Assembly: GCA_016744705.1 (NCBI GenBank)
Contig: JADGDU010000015.1
Span: 49,263-113,262 of the forward strand
DNA from: Candidatus Krumholzibacteriia bacterium
GTDB taxonomy: Bacteria > Krumholzibacteriota > Krumholzibacteriia > LZORAL124-64-63
Direction: 5' to 3'
DNA length: 64,000 nt
Within the stretch, counting starts at the first letter, position 1, and every line of letters begins with the position of its first letter. Made by a program: the position numbers and the translations under genes. A model generated the notes under the pieces. It was not told the DNA's origin, did not search any database, and saw nothing but the letters and a program-made list of their open reading frames with translations. Shown piece by piece: positions 30,244 through 40,100 of this stretch.

Positions 30244-31809
30244 TTGGCGTATAAAATTTTATGGATCGATGATCATATAGAAGAGCTTCGCTCGCACACC
30301 ATGTACCTGGGTGAGAAGGGGTACGAGGTGGAAGGAGTGACCAACGGCATGGATGGCCTGGCCATGCTCCGGGAACAAAATTTCGAAGCCATTTTGTTGG
30401 ATGAAATGATGCCTGGTATGGGTGGATTGGAAACCCTGGAAGGCATCCGGAAGATCGATCCGAACATTCCGGTGATCATGGTCACCAAAAGCGAAGCCGA
30501 AGATTTGATGACCCGGGCCATCGGCAAGCGCATTGACGATTACCTGGTTAAGCCGGTCAGTCCGATCCAGGTGTTGTCTGCCCTGAAGCGCCAGGTGGAA
30601 GCGCGCAAGCTGACCGGTGAAGAAGTCACCCGCGACTACATGAGCAACTTCATGGCAGTGACCGACCGCATTGCCCTGGCCAAGAGCCCTGCCGATTGGG
30701 AGGGCATTTATTCCGATCTCGTCACCTGGGGCATGGACCTTTTTCAGTACAGTGATCATGGGTTGCTGGAGACCCAGGGTGAACAATTGATGGCCGCTAA
30801 TTTGGCCTTTGGTAAATATGTAAGGGAGAATTATCACAGTTGGATTCACGCTAACCCAGAAACATCCGGCAAGGATATCCCTCTGTTCAGCCCCCGTGTC
30901 TATGAAGAACTCATTGAGCCGGAAGTCCAGCGCAGCCGGCAGGTTTTCTGGATCACCATCGATTGCATGCGTTTGGATCAGGTGCGAATGATAGAGCCGC
31001 TTCTGGAACCCTATTTCCACATCAATCGCCAGCATTACTGGTCCATGCTGCCTACGGCCACGCCCTATGCACGCAATGCCTTGTTTGCTGGGATGTATCC
31101 CGAGGATATTGCCAAAAACTATCCCAAATGGTGGTTGGATGGGCATCACGAAGGCAGCCGCAATGCTTACGAAGGAGAACTGCTGAACGAGCAGCTCAAT
31201 CGTATTGGCAGCGCTGCTTCCGGCAGTTGTAAATATTATAAGATTGCCGATGAACGGGATGTGGATCCTTTGCACCGGAACCTGGGCAGCATGGGTGATA
31301 CGCGTCTGGTGGCTGCTGTTTATAACTTCCTTGATATCATGGCCCATGGCCGCAGTCAGAACCGGATTTTGAAAGAGCTGGCGCCAAATGAAGCGGCCTT
31401 CCGGACCCTCATGCGCACCTGGTTCGAACACTCGAACCTTTTTGATATTCTCAAGAGTTTGTCCCGGCGCGATTGCACGGTGATTTTAACCACCGACCAC
31501 GGGTCCATGTTTTGCCGCCGCAGCATGAAAATCAGGGGCAATCGCGATACCAGCAGTAACGTGCGCTACAAATTTGGCGACAACCTGGGCACCGACGATG
31601 AACGCATCCTGTTGATGAAAAAACCTGGTGATTTCCGTTTGCCGGCCCATTCTTCCATTGAGAATTACGCCGTCACTTCAGAGAATTTCTATTTGGTGTA
31701 TCCCACGAATTTCCACGAGTACGAACGCCTGTACCGAGACAGTTTCCAACATGGAGGCATCAGCGTCGAAGAGATGATCTGTCCCTTTGTGACCCTGAGG
31801 CCGAGGTGA
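30244..31809 (+). CDS. Response regulator with REC domain fused to PglZ (alkaline-phosphatase-superfamily) domain; PorX-like
   Basis: The REC domain is 'ILWIDDH...LLDEMMPGMGG...VIMVTKS' with the phospho-Asp in 'LLDEMMPG'. The C-terminal ~380 aa carry 'ITIDCMRLDQ' and 'LTTDHGS' metal-site motifs of PglZ. The 521-aa size is the same as P. gingivalis PorX. Confidence 0.7.
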   Translation: MAYKILWIDDHIEELRSHTMYLGEKGYEVEGVTNGMDGLAMLREQNFEAILLDEMMPGMGGLETLEGIRKIDPNIPVIMVTKSEAEDLMTRAIGKRIDDYLVKPVSPIQVLSALKRQVEARKLTGEEVTRDYMSNFMAVTDRIALAKSPADWEGIYSDLVTWGMDLFQYSDHGLLETQGEQLMAANLAFGKYVRENYHSWIHANPETSGKDIPLFSPRVYEELIEPEVQRSRQVFWITIDCMRLDQVRMIEPLLEPYFHINRQHYWSMLPTATPYARNALFAGMYPEDIAKNYPKWWLDGHHEGSRNAYEGELLNEQLNRIGSAASGSCKYYKIADERDVDPLHRNLGSMGDTRLVAAVYNFLDIMAHGRSQNRILKELAPNEAAFRTLMRTWFEHSNLFDILKSLSRRDCTVILTTDHGSMFCRRSMKIRGNRDTSSNVRYKFGDNLGTDDERILLMKKPGDFRLPAHSSIENYAVTSENFYLVYPTNFHEYERLYRDSFQHGGISVEEMICPFVTLRPR

Positions 31810-31816
31810 TTTGAGT

Positions 31817-32353
31817 ATGTTGCATGATCAGGATTTGCCTGCCGTTGATGATTTTCCTCTCTCCCTGAAAGTTAAGGGAGCCGAGATGACATTTGCCCTG
31901 GGCAAGGCAGTAGCCGAATTGCTTGAGGGTGGAGAAATCATCCTTCTGTACGGCCCCTTGGGAGCCGGGAAAACCTGTTTCAGCCAGGGACTCAGCTCGG
32001 GGCTGGCCGTGAAGGACGAAGTTGTTTCACCCACCTTCACTTTGGTCAATACCTACAGTGGCGGATTCCTGACGGTGCATCACCTGGATTTTTATCGGGT
32101 AGAGCCGGATCACGATTTGGACGACATTGGCGTGCCTTATATTTTGGAGGAAGTCTTCAATAGGGAGGCCGTGGTCCTAATCGAATGGCCGGAACCCATC
32201 CTGCAAAGTATCGGGCAAGATGAACCGCGGGTAGAGTTATTCGCTCTGCCTGGAGAAGCCGATGACGAGCGCATCTGGTATTTGCGGGGTGTCCCGGAAG
32301 TGCCGGTGCCCTGGGCCAATCTCTTTTACAATTTTTCCACAACCACGGAGTAG
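31817..32353 (+). CDS. tsaE: tRNA t6A37 threonylcarbamoyladenosine biosynthesis protein TsaE
   Basis: P-loop 'LYGPLGAGKT' and 'SPTFTLVNTY...LDFYR' motifs. A TTG at 31811 is the alternative start. Confidence 0.8.
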   Translation: MLHDQDLPAVDDFPLSLKVKGAEMTFALGKAVAELLEGGEIILLYGPLGAGKTCFSQGLSSGLAVKDEVVSPTFTLVNTYSGGFLTVHHLDFYRVEPDHDLDDIGVPYILEEVFNREAVVLIEWPEPILQSIGQDEPRVELFALPGEADDERIWYLRGVPEVPVPWANLFYNFSTTTE

Positions 32354-32356
32354 ATT

Positions 32357-33148
32357 TTGCTCACACTGGCTTTTGACACCGCAACTCCATGGGGGCGCTT
32401 CGCCCTGGCTGAAGATGGGCAACTTCTGCAGTACCGTCCTTTGAATGTCATGGGCAGTTACGCCGATGCCCTCTTGAAAATTGTGCAGGAAATTTTGGCA
32501 GACAGCGGCCGCAGCAAAGGGGAGCTGGGTGGCATTGGAGTGACCGTGGGCCCGGGAAGTTTCACCGGACTGCGCATCGGCGTGGCTACGGCCAAAGGCT
32601 TGGCCTACGGATTGGATGTTCCCTTGGTTGGGGTCAGCACTCTGGAAGCTATGGCCGCATCGCTGTTGGAGGACCATCCCAGCGTGGAGTACGCCGTACC
32701 CTGTTTGGATGCCCGGCGGCAGCAGGTGTTTTCTGCCGTGTACAAGCGCAAGGGACAATGGGTGGAAAAAATCGCTGATCCCGAACCAATGTTAGCCGAT
32801 CTCTGGTGGGAAAAAATTCTGACTCTATTGCCCGATCCTGAAGTGGCCGTCTATGGTGGCGATGGCACGGCGGTTTTGCTGGGACAGGGAGACGATCTGC
32901 GTCCTGAACTCGCTGGCACCGGGAAGCCTCGGTTGCGGCCCTGGACTGCGGCCCATCCTCCCACTGCCCGAACTTTGGCCTGCGCCATGGGGGTGGCTTC
33001 AGAACAGCTGCCCACCACTCATCCATTCTTGTTGGTGCCCCAATATTTGCGGGCCAGTGATGCAGAATTGAACAAGAATATGGATCTGACCCCCCGCACA
33101 CCCAGCGACGATGTGAGCATTCATTCCAGCCGCCGGCCCACTTCATGA
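32357..33148 (+). CDS. tsaB: tRNA t6A37 biosynthesis protein TsaB (YeaZ)
   Basis: LAFDTAT...GIGVTVGPGSFTGLRIGVATAKGLAYGLDVPLVGVSTLEA. Confidence 0.8.
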   Translation: MLTLAFDTATPWGRFALAEDGQLLQYRPLNVMGSYADALLKIVQEILADSGRSKGELGGIGVTVGPGSFTGLRIGVATAKGLAYGLDVPLVGVSTLEAMAASLLEDHPSVEYAVPCLDARRQQVFSAVYKRKGQWVEKIADPEPMLADLWWEKILTLLPDPEVAVYGGDGTAVLLGQGDDLRPELAGTGKPRLRPWTAAHPPTARTLACAMGVASEQLPTTHPFLLVPQYLRASDAELNKNMDLTPRTPSDDVSIHSSRRPTS

Positions 33149-33630
33149 ATGATTCGTTGGTGATTCGACCGGGGAATCCTGGGGACCTGGCAATGATCAT
33201 CGCCATGGAGAAAGTGGCCTTCAAAGACCCCTGGAATGCAGAAGCCCTTTACAGTGAATTGCTGACCGATCACATGCGGCTGCCACTGGTGGCTGAGCTG
33301 GGTGGGCACCTGTGCGGCTATCTCATGTCCTGGCGAGTGGTGGATCAGCTGCACATCCTGAACATTGCCACGGATCCCAATTATCTGCGCCAGGGAGTGG
33401 GGACCGCTTTGCTGGTGGCTGCCGCCCGGTTGGCCACCGAAGGAGGCCAGGTGGAAATGACGCTTGAAGTGAGGCGCAGCAACACCGGGGCCAGAGGTTT
33501 TTACAAGCATCATCATTTCGCTGAAACAGGCCTCAGGCGGGGGTATTATCAGGAAGATGGGGAAGATGCCATCATCATGACAGCGGCCTGCTCTGATATC
33601 CTGCGGGGGAACCAAATTCGCCCTACATGA
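33145..33630 (+). CDS. rimI: Ribosomal-protein-alanine N-acetyltransferase (GNAT)
   Basis: The GNAT motif is 'LRQGVGTALL'. It sits in tsaE-tsaB-rimI synteny. Its start overlaps the tsaB stop. Confidence 0.75.
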   Translation: MNDSLVIRPGNPGDLAMIIAMEKVAFKDPWNAEALYSELLTDHMRLPLVAELGGHLCGYLMSWRVVDQLHILNIATDPNYLRQGVGTALLVAAARLATEGGQVEMTLEVRRSNTGARGFYKHHHFAETGLRRGYYQEDGEDAIIMTAACSDILRGNQIRPT

Positions 33631-33678
33631 ATAAGGACTATGCCCCGGGGGCATTAGGGGCTAATTTAGGCAGACTGA

Positions 33679-34644
33679 ATGCGAATTTTTTCCGGCGGCC
33701 CAATCGGGGTCCCGGTGGACTGCGGCGGGGTGCACCTGCTGCCGATATTCAAGGAGGACGCTTTGTCCTGGTTGACACAGGCTGCCAAGGGTATCAAAGC
33801 CCTGGCCAACCAAAAAAAAGACATCCCGGATAATCTGTGGCGCAAATGCCCCAGTTGTTCGGAAGTGCTGTACCATCGCGAGTTGGATCGCAACATGTGG
33901 GTGTGCGGCAGTTGTGGGCACCATTTGACCTTCAGTACGGAGCAGTACATCAAATTGCTCTTTGATGAGGGCACCTGGCAGGAGACCCACACCGGACTCA
34001 CCAGTGTTGATGCCTTGGATTTTAAAGACTCCAAGCGTTACAAAGATCGCATCAAAGCCAGCCGGCATAAGACGGGCAAAGAGGACGCCGTGATCACCGG
34101 CCGAGGCCAGATTGGGCTGATCCCCGTTTCGGTGGCCATCATGGACTTCACCTTCATGGGCGGGAGCATGGGATCCGTGGTGGGCGAAAAAATTGCTCGC
34201 GCACTACTGGACAGTTTGAAGCACCGGGAGTCGGCTATCATTTTGAGCCGCAGCGGTGGAGCGCGTATGCAGGAAAGCTTGCTCTCTTTGATGCAAATGG
34301 CCAAAACCAGCGCAGTGCTGGCCCGATTGCGCAAAGAAGGCATCCCCTTTGTCAGCTTGCTGACCAATCCCACCACCGGTGGAGTGACGGCCAGTTATGC
34401 GACCCTTGGTGATATCAACGTGGCTGAACCTGGGGCCCTGATCGGCTTTGCCGGCCCCCGGGTTATCAAGCAAACCATCGGTGGCGATTTGCCGGAAGGA
34501 TTCCAATCTTCAGAATTCCTCTTGGAACACGGCATGGTGGATATCATCAGCGAACGTAAAGACCTGAAGGAAACTCTGGAGCGAACTCTGCACTGGTTCG
34601 TCGATGGGCGGGATGTGTCGGTTCGGCGCCCGCCTCGGGGCTGA
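33679..34644 (+). CDS. accD: Acetyl-CoA carboxylase carboxyltransferase beta subunit
   Basis: The zinc ribbon 'CPSCSEVLY...CGSCGHH' is followed by a carboxyltransferase domain (GGSMGSVVGEKIAR...GGARMQESLLSLMQMAK). The N-terminal start is uncertain. Confidence 0.85.
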   Translation: MRIFSGGPIGVPVDCGGVHLLPIFKEDALSWLTQAAKGIKALANQKKDIPDNLWRKCPSCSEVLYHRELDRNMWVCGSCGHHLTFSTEQYIKLLFDEGTWQETHTGLTSVDALDFKDSKRYKDRIKASRHKTGKEDAVITGRGQIGLIPVSVAIMDFTFMGGSMGSVVGEKIARALLDSLKHRESAIILSRSGGARMQESLLSLMQMAKTSAVLARLRKEGIPFVSLLTNPTTGGVTASYATLGDINVAEPGALIGFAGPRVIKQTIGGDLPEGFQSSEFLLEHGMVDIISERKDLKETLERTLHWFVDGRDVSVRRPPRG

Positions 34645-34650
34645 TAGGCC

Positions 34651-36111
34651 ATGTCCCTCGGCAATCCCCGTCCCGAAAATTCTCAATCCCACCCCGGCGA
34701 ACCCGGGGTGGGTGTTGATTTGGCCCCCCCTTTCACGGCTGCAGACGAACCCACCCGCTGGCTTTTTAGCCTGAACCGTTTTGGTATCCGGCCTGGCCTG
34801 ATGCGCATTCAAGGTTTGCTGGGTGAACTCGGCAATCCGGAAAATAAATTGCGCACACTGGTGGTGGCCGGCACCAACGGCAAAGGCAGCACCACTCGCA
34901 TCCTGGCGCACTTGTTGCAAGAGGCGGGAAACAAGGTGGTCACGTTCACCAGCCCTCATCTGCTGGGAGTGCATGAGCGCATTTGCATCAACGATGTGCC
35001 TATCGGGGCCAAAGATTTTGCCCGCAGGGTGGAGGCTATCAAGCCCCTGACCGAGAAACACGAAGCCAGTTGGTTTGAAACCCTCACTGCTTTGGCGGTG
35101 CAGGTTGCCGTGGATGAATGTGCCGATTTCTTCTGCTGCGAAACGGGCCTTGGCGGGCGCCTCGATGCCACCAATGCCATCCCGGCGGAAGCCATCCTGC
35201 TGACTACTGTGGGGCTTGATCACGAATCCATCCTGGGCAATAGTCTGGAGGAGATAGCCACCGAAAAGCTGGGCCTGTTGAAAGACGGCACGCCCTTGTT
35301 CTGCGGTGTGGATGAAGAGTTGCGTTTCCAGGTTTTTGAGACCTCAGTCCGGGCGGGCAGTCCTGTGTTTTTCCTGGACGAGTTGGCCCGCTGGCAATCC
35401 CATTCATCGGAGGCCATGGCTGAAGACTGGGATCTGACTCTCCGCAATCATCATTTTCCCAATCTGCCAGATCCTGGAGCGGCCAGCATGCGCCGCAATG
35501 TGGCTCTGGCTCTGCTGACTCTGACGGAATTGGAAACCCTGAAGGGCGAACGTCTGCTGCCGGAAAATCTTTCTGATACATTGGGGAATCTTTTTCTGCC
35601 GGGAAGGTACCAACAGCTGTTGCGCCAGCCGGACTTCATTTTTGATACGGCACACAACGAGCAGGCTCTGACCGGGGCTTTGGCCCACTTTCGGCGCCGG
35701 AAAATTTCCGGACGGCGCATTGTCTTTTTTGGCTCCATGCACAACAAGGAACTGGAAAAGCTTTCGGGGGAAATCATACAGGGTTTCGATTTGATTCTGG
35801 CTGTGCCGGTTTCCATCCCGCGCTCTCGCAACCCTGAAGAATTGCTTTCTTTGCTGGAGTCATGGGAGATCCCGGCCCAACCGTTGGCCGCCGGTTGGAA
35901 CGCTCCAACCAAAGGATTGGTGGCCCCGGATATGAAAGCTGCTTTGGAGTGGCTGGCCAAACAGGTCCACAAGGATGACCGCGTTTTGGTCACAGGTAGT
36001 TGTTTCATGGTGGCCGAGGTTTTGCATAAGATGGGTTTTGAGACTCTGGAGATGACTCGAGAGGAAGTGGATGCCGGGCCGGTTTTGGCCCGACTGATTC
36101 AACCGGCCTAA
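34651..36111 (+). CDS. folC: Bifunctional folylpolyglutamate synthase / dihydrofolate synthase
   Basis: Mur-ligase P-loop 'VAGTNGKGST'. It lies in accD-folC synteny as in E. coli. Confidence 0.85.
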   Translation: MSLGNPRPENSQSHPGEPGVGVDLAPPFTAADEPTRWLFSLNRFGIRPGLMRIQGLLGELGNPENKLRTLVVAGTNGKGSTTRILAHLLQEAGNKVVTFTSPHLLGVHERICINDVPIGAKDFARRVEAIKPLTEKHEASWFETLTALAVQVAVDECADFFCCETGLGGRLDATNAIPAEAILLTTVGLDHESILGNSLEEIATEKLGLLKDGTPLFCGVDEELRFQVFETSVRAGSPVFFLDELARWQSHSSEAMAEDWDLTLRNHHFPNLPDPGAASMRRNVALALLTLTELETLKGERLLPENLSDTLGNLFLPGRYQQLLRQPDFIFDTAHNEQALTGALAHFRRRKISGRRIVFFGSMHNKELEKLSGEIIQGFDLILAVPVSIPRSRNPEELLSLLESWEIPAQPLAAGWNAPTKGLVAPDMKAALEWLAKQVHKDDRVLVTGSCFMVAEVLHKMGFETLEMTREEVDAGPVLARLIQPA

Positions 36112-36123
36112 AAGGAGTTTAAG

Positions 36124-37113
36124 GTGGCTGCTGAGTTTTATTTGGGTGCAGATATAGGCGGCACGGGCGTCAAATACATCATCACCGATGATCAGGGGGG
36201 CATCTTTCACCAGGGCGAAGTGCCCACCGATCCCCACAGTGCCAAGCGCACCCTGGGTCGGCTGGCCATGGAAGTGGCCGAAAGAATTTCCCCACCCTCA
36301 GATTCAGACGAAGCCACCTTTTTCCGACTGGCGGCCGTGGGGCTGGCCTGCGCAGGTATTATCAATCCAGCCAGTGGTCACCTGGGGCGCTCTCCTAATT
36401 TACCTGGCTGGGAAGACACCAACCTGAAGCGCATCATCGCCAACGAATTTCAGGACAAACCTTCAGTGGTGGCTAACGATGTGAACGCGGCTCTTTTTGG
36501 AGAGTTCAGTTTTGGTGCCGGTCGCGGCTGTCGTAATCTGGTGATGATTGCATTGGGCACCGGTGTGGGTGGTGGCATCATGCTGGACGGGGCCCTGGTG
36601 GTAGGCACTCATAACGGAGCGGCGGAAATTGGGCACATGGTTTTGGATCCTTCAGGCCCAACCTGCACTTGCGGTGGGGTGGGCTGTCTGGAAGCCTGGG
36701 CCGGCAGTGTGGCCATCCTCAAGCAAGCCCGCCTGTTGGCGAAAGTGGAACTGAAAGAAACGGCTCTCGCCCAACTGGTCCTGGAAAAAGGCGAACATTT
36801 GAGTACCCGCGATCTCAGCCTTTTGGCCGAACAAGGTGATGCGGCCTCCCTGGCTCTTTTTGCCGAAGTGGGACACAGATTGGGGCATGCTGTGGGCAAT
36901 TTGGTCAATATTTTAGATCCCGATAGAGTCATTATCGGGGGAGGGGTGGCCCAGGCTGGCGATTTAATCCTGGGTTCCTGCCGGGCACTGGTGCCGGCTA
37001 TGGTCCTGGCTGAAGAGGCCAAAGACATTCCCATTGTCTCCGCTGAATTGGGCCCCATGTCCGCCGCTGTGGGTGCGGCCTGTCTGGCGCGTCAAGAGCA
37101 GGCCGGAGGCTGA
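36124..37113 (+). CDS. ROK family sugar kinase (glucokinase-like)
   Basis: ADIGGTGVKY...GHMVLDPSGPTCTCGGVGCLEAWAG is the ROK signature with a CxCGxxGC zinc motif. Confidence 0.75.
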   Translation: MAAEFYLGADIGGTGVKYIITDDQGGIFHQGEVPTDPHSAKRTLGRLAMEVAERISPPSDSDEATFFRLAAVGLACAGIINPASGHLGRSPNLPGWEDTNLKRIIANEFQDKPSVVANDVNAALFGEFSFGAGRGCRNLVMIALGTGVGGGIMLDGALVVGTHNGAAEIGHMVLDPSGPTCTCGGVGCLEAWAGSVAILKQARLLAKVELKETALAQLVLEKGEHLSTRDLSLLAEQGDAASLALFAEVGHRLGHAVGNLVNILDPDRVIIGGGVAQAGDLILGSCRALVPAMVLAEEAKDIPIVSAELGPMSAAVGAACLARQEQAGG

Positions 37114-40100
37114 TGAAAAATTCTGGAGGCAGTCATTTTTTCAGAACTCTGACCGGATTGTTCCGGTTTGTTCTGATGCCTTCTTTAGTCATGATGATTT
37201 TGGTGGGGCTTTGGCCCCCGACCTGGAGTGCCGCTGCAGAATCCAAAGATAAACCCCAACCGACCCTGCGCCGCACCCGAATCGATGCCGACCGTTCCAT
37301 CGATCGAATGGTCAATGGCGAACGCATCACTTTTCTGCTGGGCAATGTTTTTATCGACCGCGACAGCTTGACTGCTGCCGCTGATACGGTGCGCCATTAC
37401 CGGGACAGGGATGTGTACGAGTTTCTGGGCAGTGTGGTACTGACCCGGGATGATGGTGTGCTCACCTGCCTCCGCGCCTTCCACAACCAAGCCGAGGGCA
37501 CTTCAGACTTTTACGGAGATGTGCGGCTGACCGAAGGCGATGTCATCGGAACCGGCCTCAAGGGTGAATCTCGTTCCGATGGCCGCTTCTTCAAGTTGAT
37601 CAATGAAGCCTTACTGGTCACTCCCGACTACACAGTGCGTGGTGATACCATCATTCGTGACCGCCAGGATGGCACCGGCGAAGCTTTCGGAAACGTGCGT
37701 ATCATGGAACCGGGTTCTCTGAACCTGGTGACGGGTGAGCATGCTTTTTTTGATGGCGAAACAGATCTGGCGGAAGTGGACATTAACCCGGTCATGACCA
37801 GCCGGGAAACTGAAGGCAGCCTGTTGGTGAGCAGAGCTCGGGTGATGCGATTTTTCCGGGCCGAAAATAAAGTGGTGATGATTGATTCAGTGCGCATCCA
37901 CCAGGATCAGACTCTGGCTGTGGCCGATACTGCCATCGCCTATGGTCGGGAGCACATGGTTCTTACGGGCAACCCGCGCGTGAATATGAGCGATTCCAAT
38001 ACCATGATTGGTGATCGCATCGAATTTTTCTATCTGGAAGGCAAGCTGGATCGGGTGATTTTGGTAGGATCGGCCCGCATGGAAGACAGCACTCCTGACA
38101 GTCTGGCTGCTATCTACAAGGGCCTTCCCCGCATGGATATTCTGGAAGGCGATAGCATCAGCATCCAGTTTGTGGATGAAGAGATCCATCAGAGCGTGGT
38201 TGTAGGCTCGGCACACAGTCTCTACACGCCCATGGATTTGAATGATGAAGTGGCCACCAATGATGTGACGGGCGATACCATCACTATCGATTTCAAGAAT
38301 CGCCGGGTGGGAAGGGTGCACGTTGTGGGTAACATGTCCGGCAACTACCGCTTTGCCAAGCTGGCGGCCATGCGGGATATGCTGGGACAATCGGAACGCC
38401 TTGTGGATATGCTACGCCGCAGCTCCCAGGACAGCACCGCTTTTGCCGACTCGTTGCTGGCTGCGGGCGTTGATACCAGTGTGGTGGCCTTGGCTGACTC
38501 CCTGATCATCGCCTACGCCGATTCACTCACCGGTGTTTTGGGTATGGCCTCTTTTCTAAATCCGGAAGCGGCCCCGGCCATGGCGGCCAATGCCATCGAT
38601 TCTCTGATGACTGCGGCCATGGATTCTTTGGCCTCAGCCGGCTATGACACCACCGCTTCTGGGTTGGATTTCATCGCCAACGCCGAGGATGTAAGATACA
38701 CCGGCCGTTCGGTGGATTTTGAAATGGATAAAAAATCCATCGATATCCTCGACAATGCTGTGCTGGAATTTGGCACCATGAAGCTGAGCGCCCAGCACAT
38801 TAACCTCAGCACTGTGGACCGAGAACTTTATGCTGAGGGCGACCCGCTGATTGAAGACAGCGAAGACATTGCCGGTTATCAGATGGGGTACGATTTTGCC
38901 AACCGCACCGGAGCGGTGAAGCGGGGTGTGACCTCTTTCGACGGGTATTTCTACGTTGGTGATGAGATCCAACGTTTCCCCGATACAACTCTGAAAATTT
39001 GCGATGCCCGCATGACCAGTTGCGACCTTGAAGAACCCCATTACCACTTCTGGGCTGACAAGATGAAGATGCGCATGGGGGATAAGGTGGTGGCTAAGCC
39101 TATCGCGCTGCACATCGGCAAGGTTCCGGTTTTTGCTTTGCCGTTTTATTTCAAATCCCTGAAAGAGGGCCGGCAATCGGGCATCCTTTTTCCCTCCTTT
39201 GATTTCGGTTGGTCCAGCCGCGACGGACGTTATATACGTGACTTTGGTTATTATTGGGCCACCAACGACAACATGGATTTTGTCTTTGAAGCGGACTATA
39301 ACGAACGCAAGGATTTTGCCTACCGCGTCTCCAATCGGTATGTCAAACGGTATGCATTCAACGGGGGATTCGACTATTCCAAGAAGATTAGTCTGGGAGA
39401 TACAGAGCGCGAAGAGTGGCAGTTTCGCTGGAACCACAACCAACCCATTCTCTTTGACGATTATAAGTTTCGCAGTGATGTGCGCATGGCCAGTACCTCT
39501 CTGAGCACCAACGATCTTTCGGGAAACAATGATCGGGATGTGGTCAGTGGCGAGATGAAATCCAGCATGTATCTGAGCCGGAATTATTCTTTCATGAGCA
39601 GCAGTTTGGATGCCTCTCGCAAAGAATACGTCAACGCCGAGGATGATGATGATGCTACCGATGCGGCCCTGTACAACATGACTCTGCCGTCCATGTCATT
39701 CAACTTCCGGGAGTTCAATCTGGCCAAGGCTTTGCGTGGTGGAGAGCAGGGATCCTTCCTGGGGAACATGGCTCGCAATACCAGTTTCAAGCAGGGGTAC
39801 TCTGTCAAAATGTACCAATCGGGATATGAGTTGCACAAAGAGCGCAATTACGACGCGGGTGGCAATTGGTCCCTGGCTCTGCGCCCCCCTCGTGTCTCTA
39901 TCTTCAATGTGAACTTCAGCGCCAGTGCCGGCCATTCCTGGAATCGCGATAGCAGTTATGGTCAATTCTATGTGGAGGACACCGACACCACCGGGCATCT
40001 CGAAGATTATGACACCGTCACGGAAGAGACCAACTCCAATGTACGCTTCAGTGCGGGGTTAGGAACGAATCTCTACGGGACTTTTCCTTTGAACGTGGGG

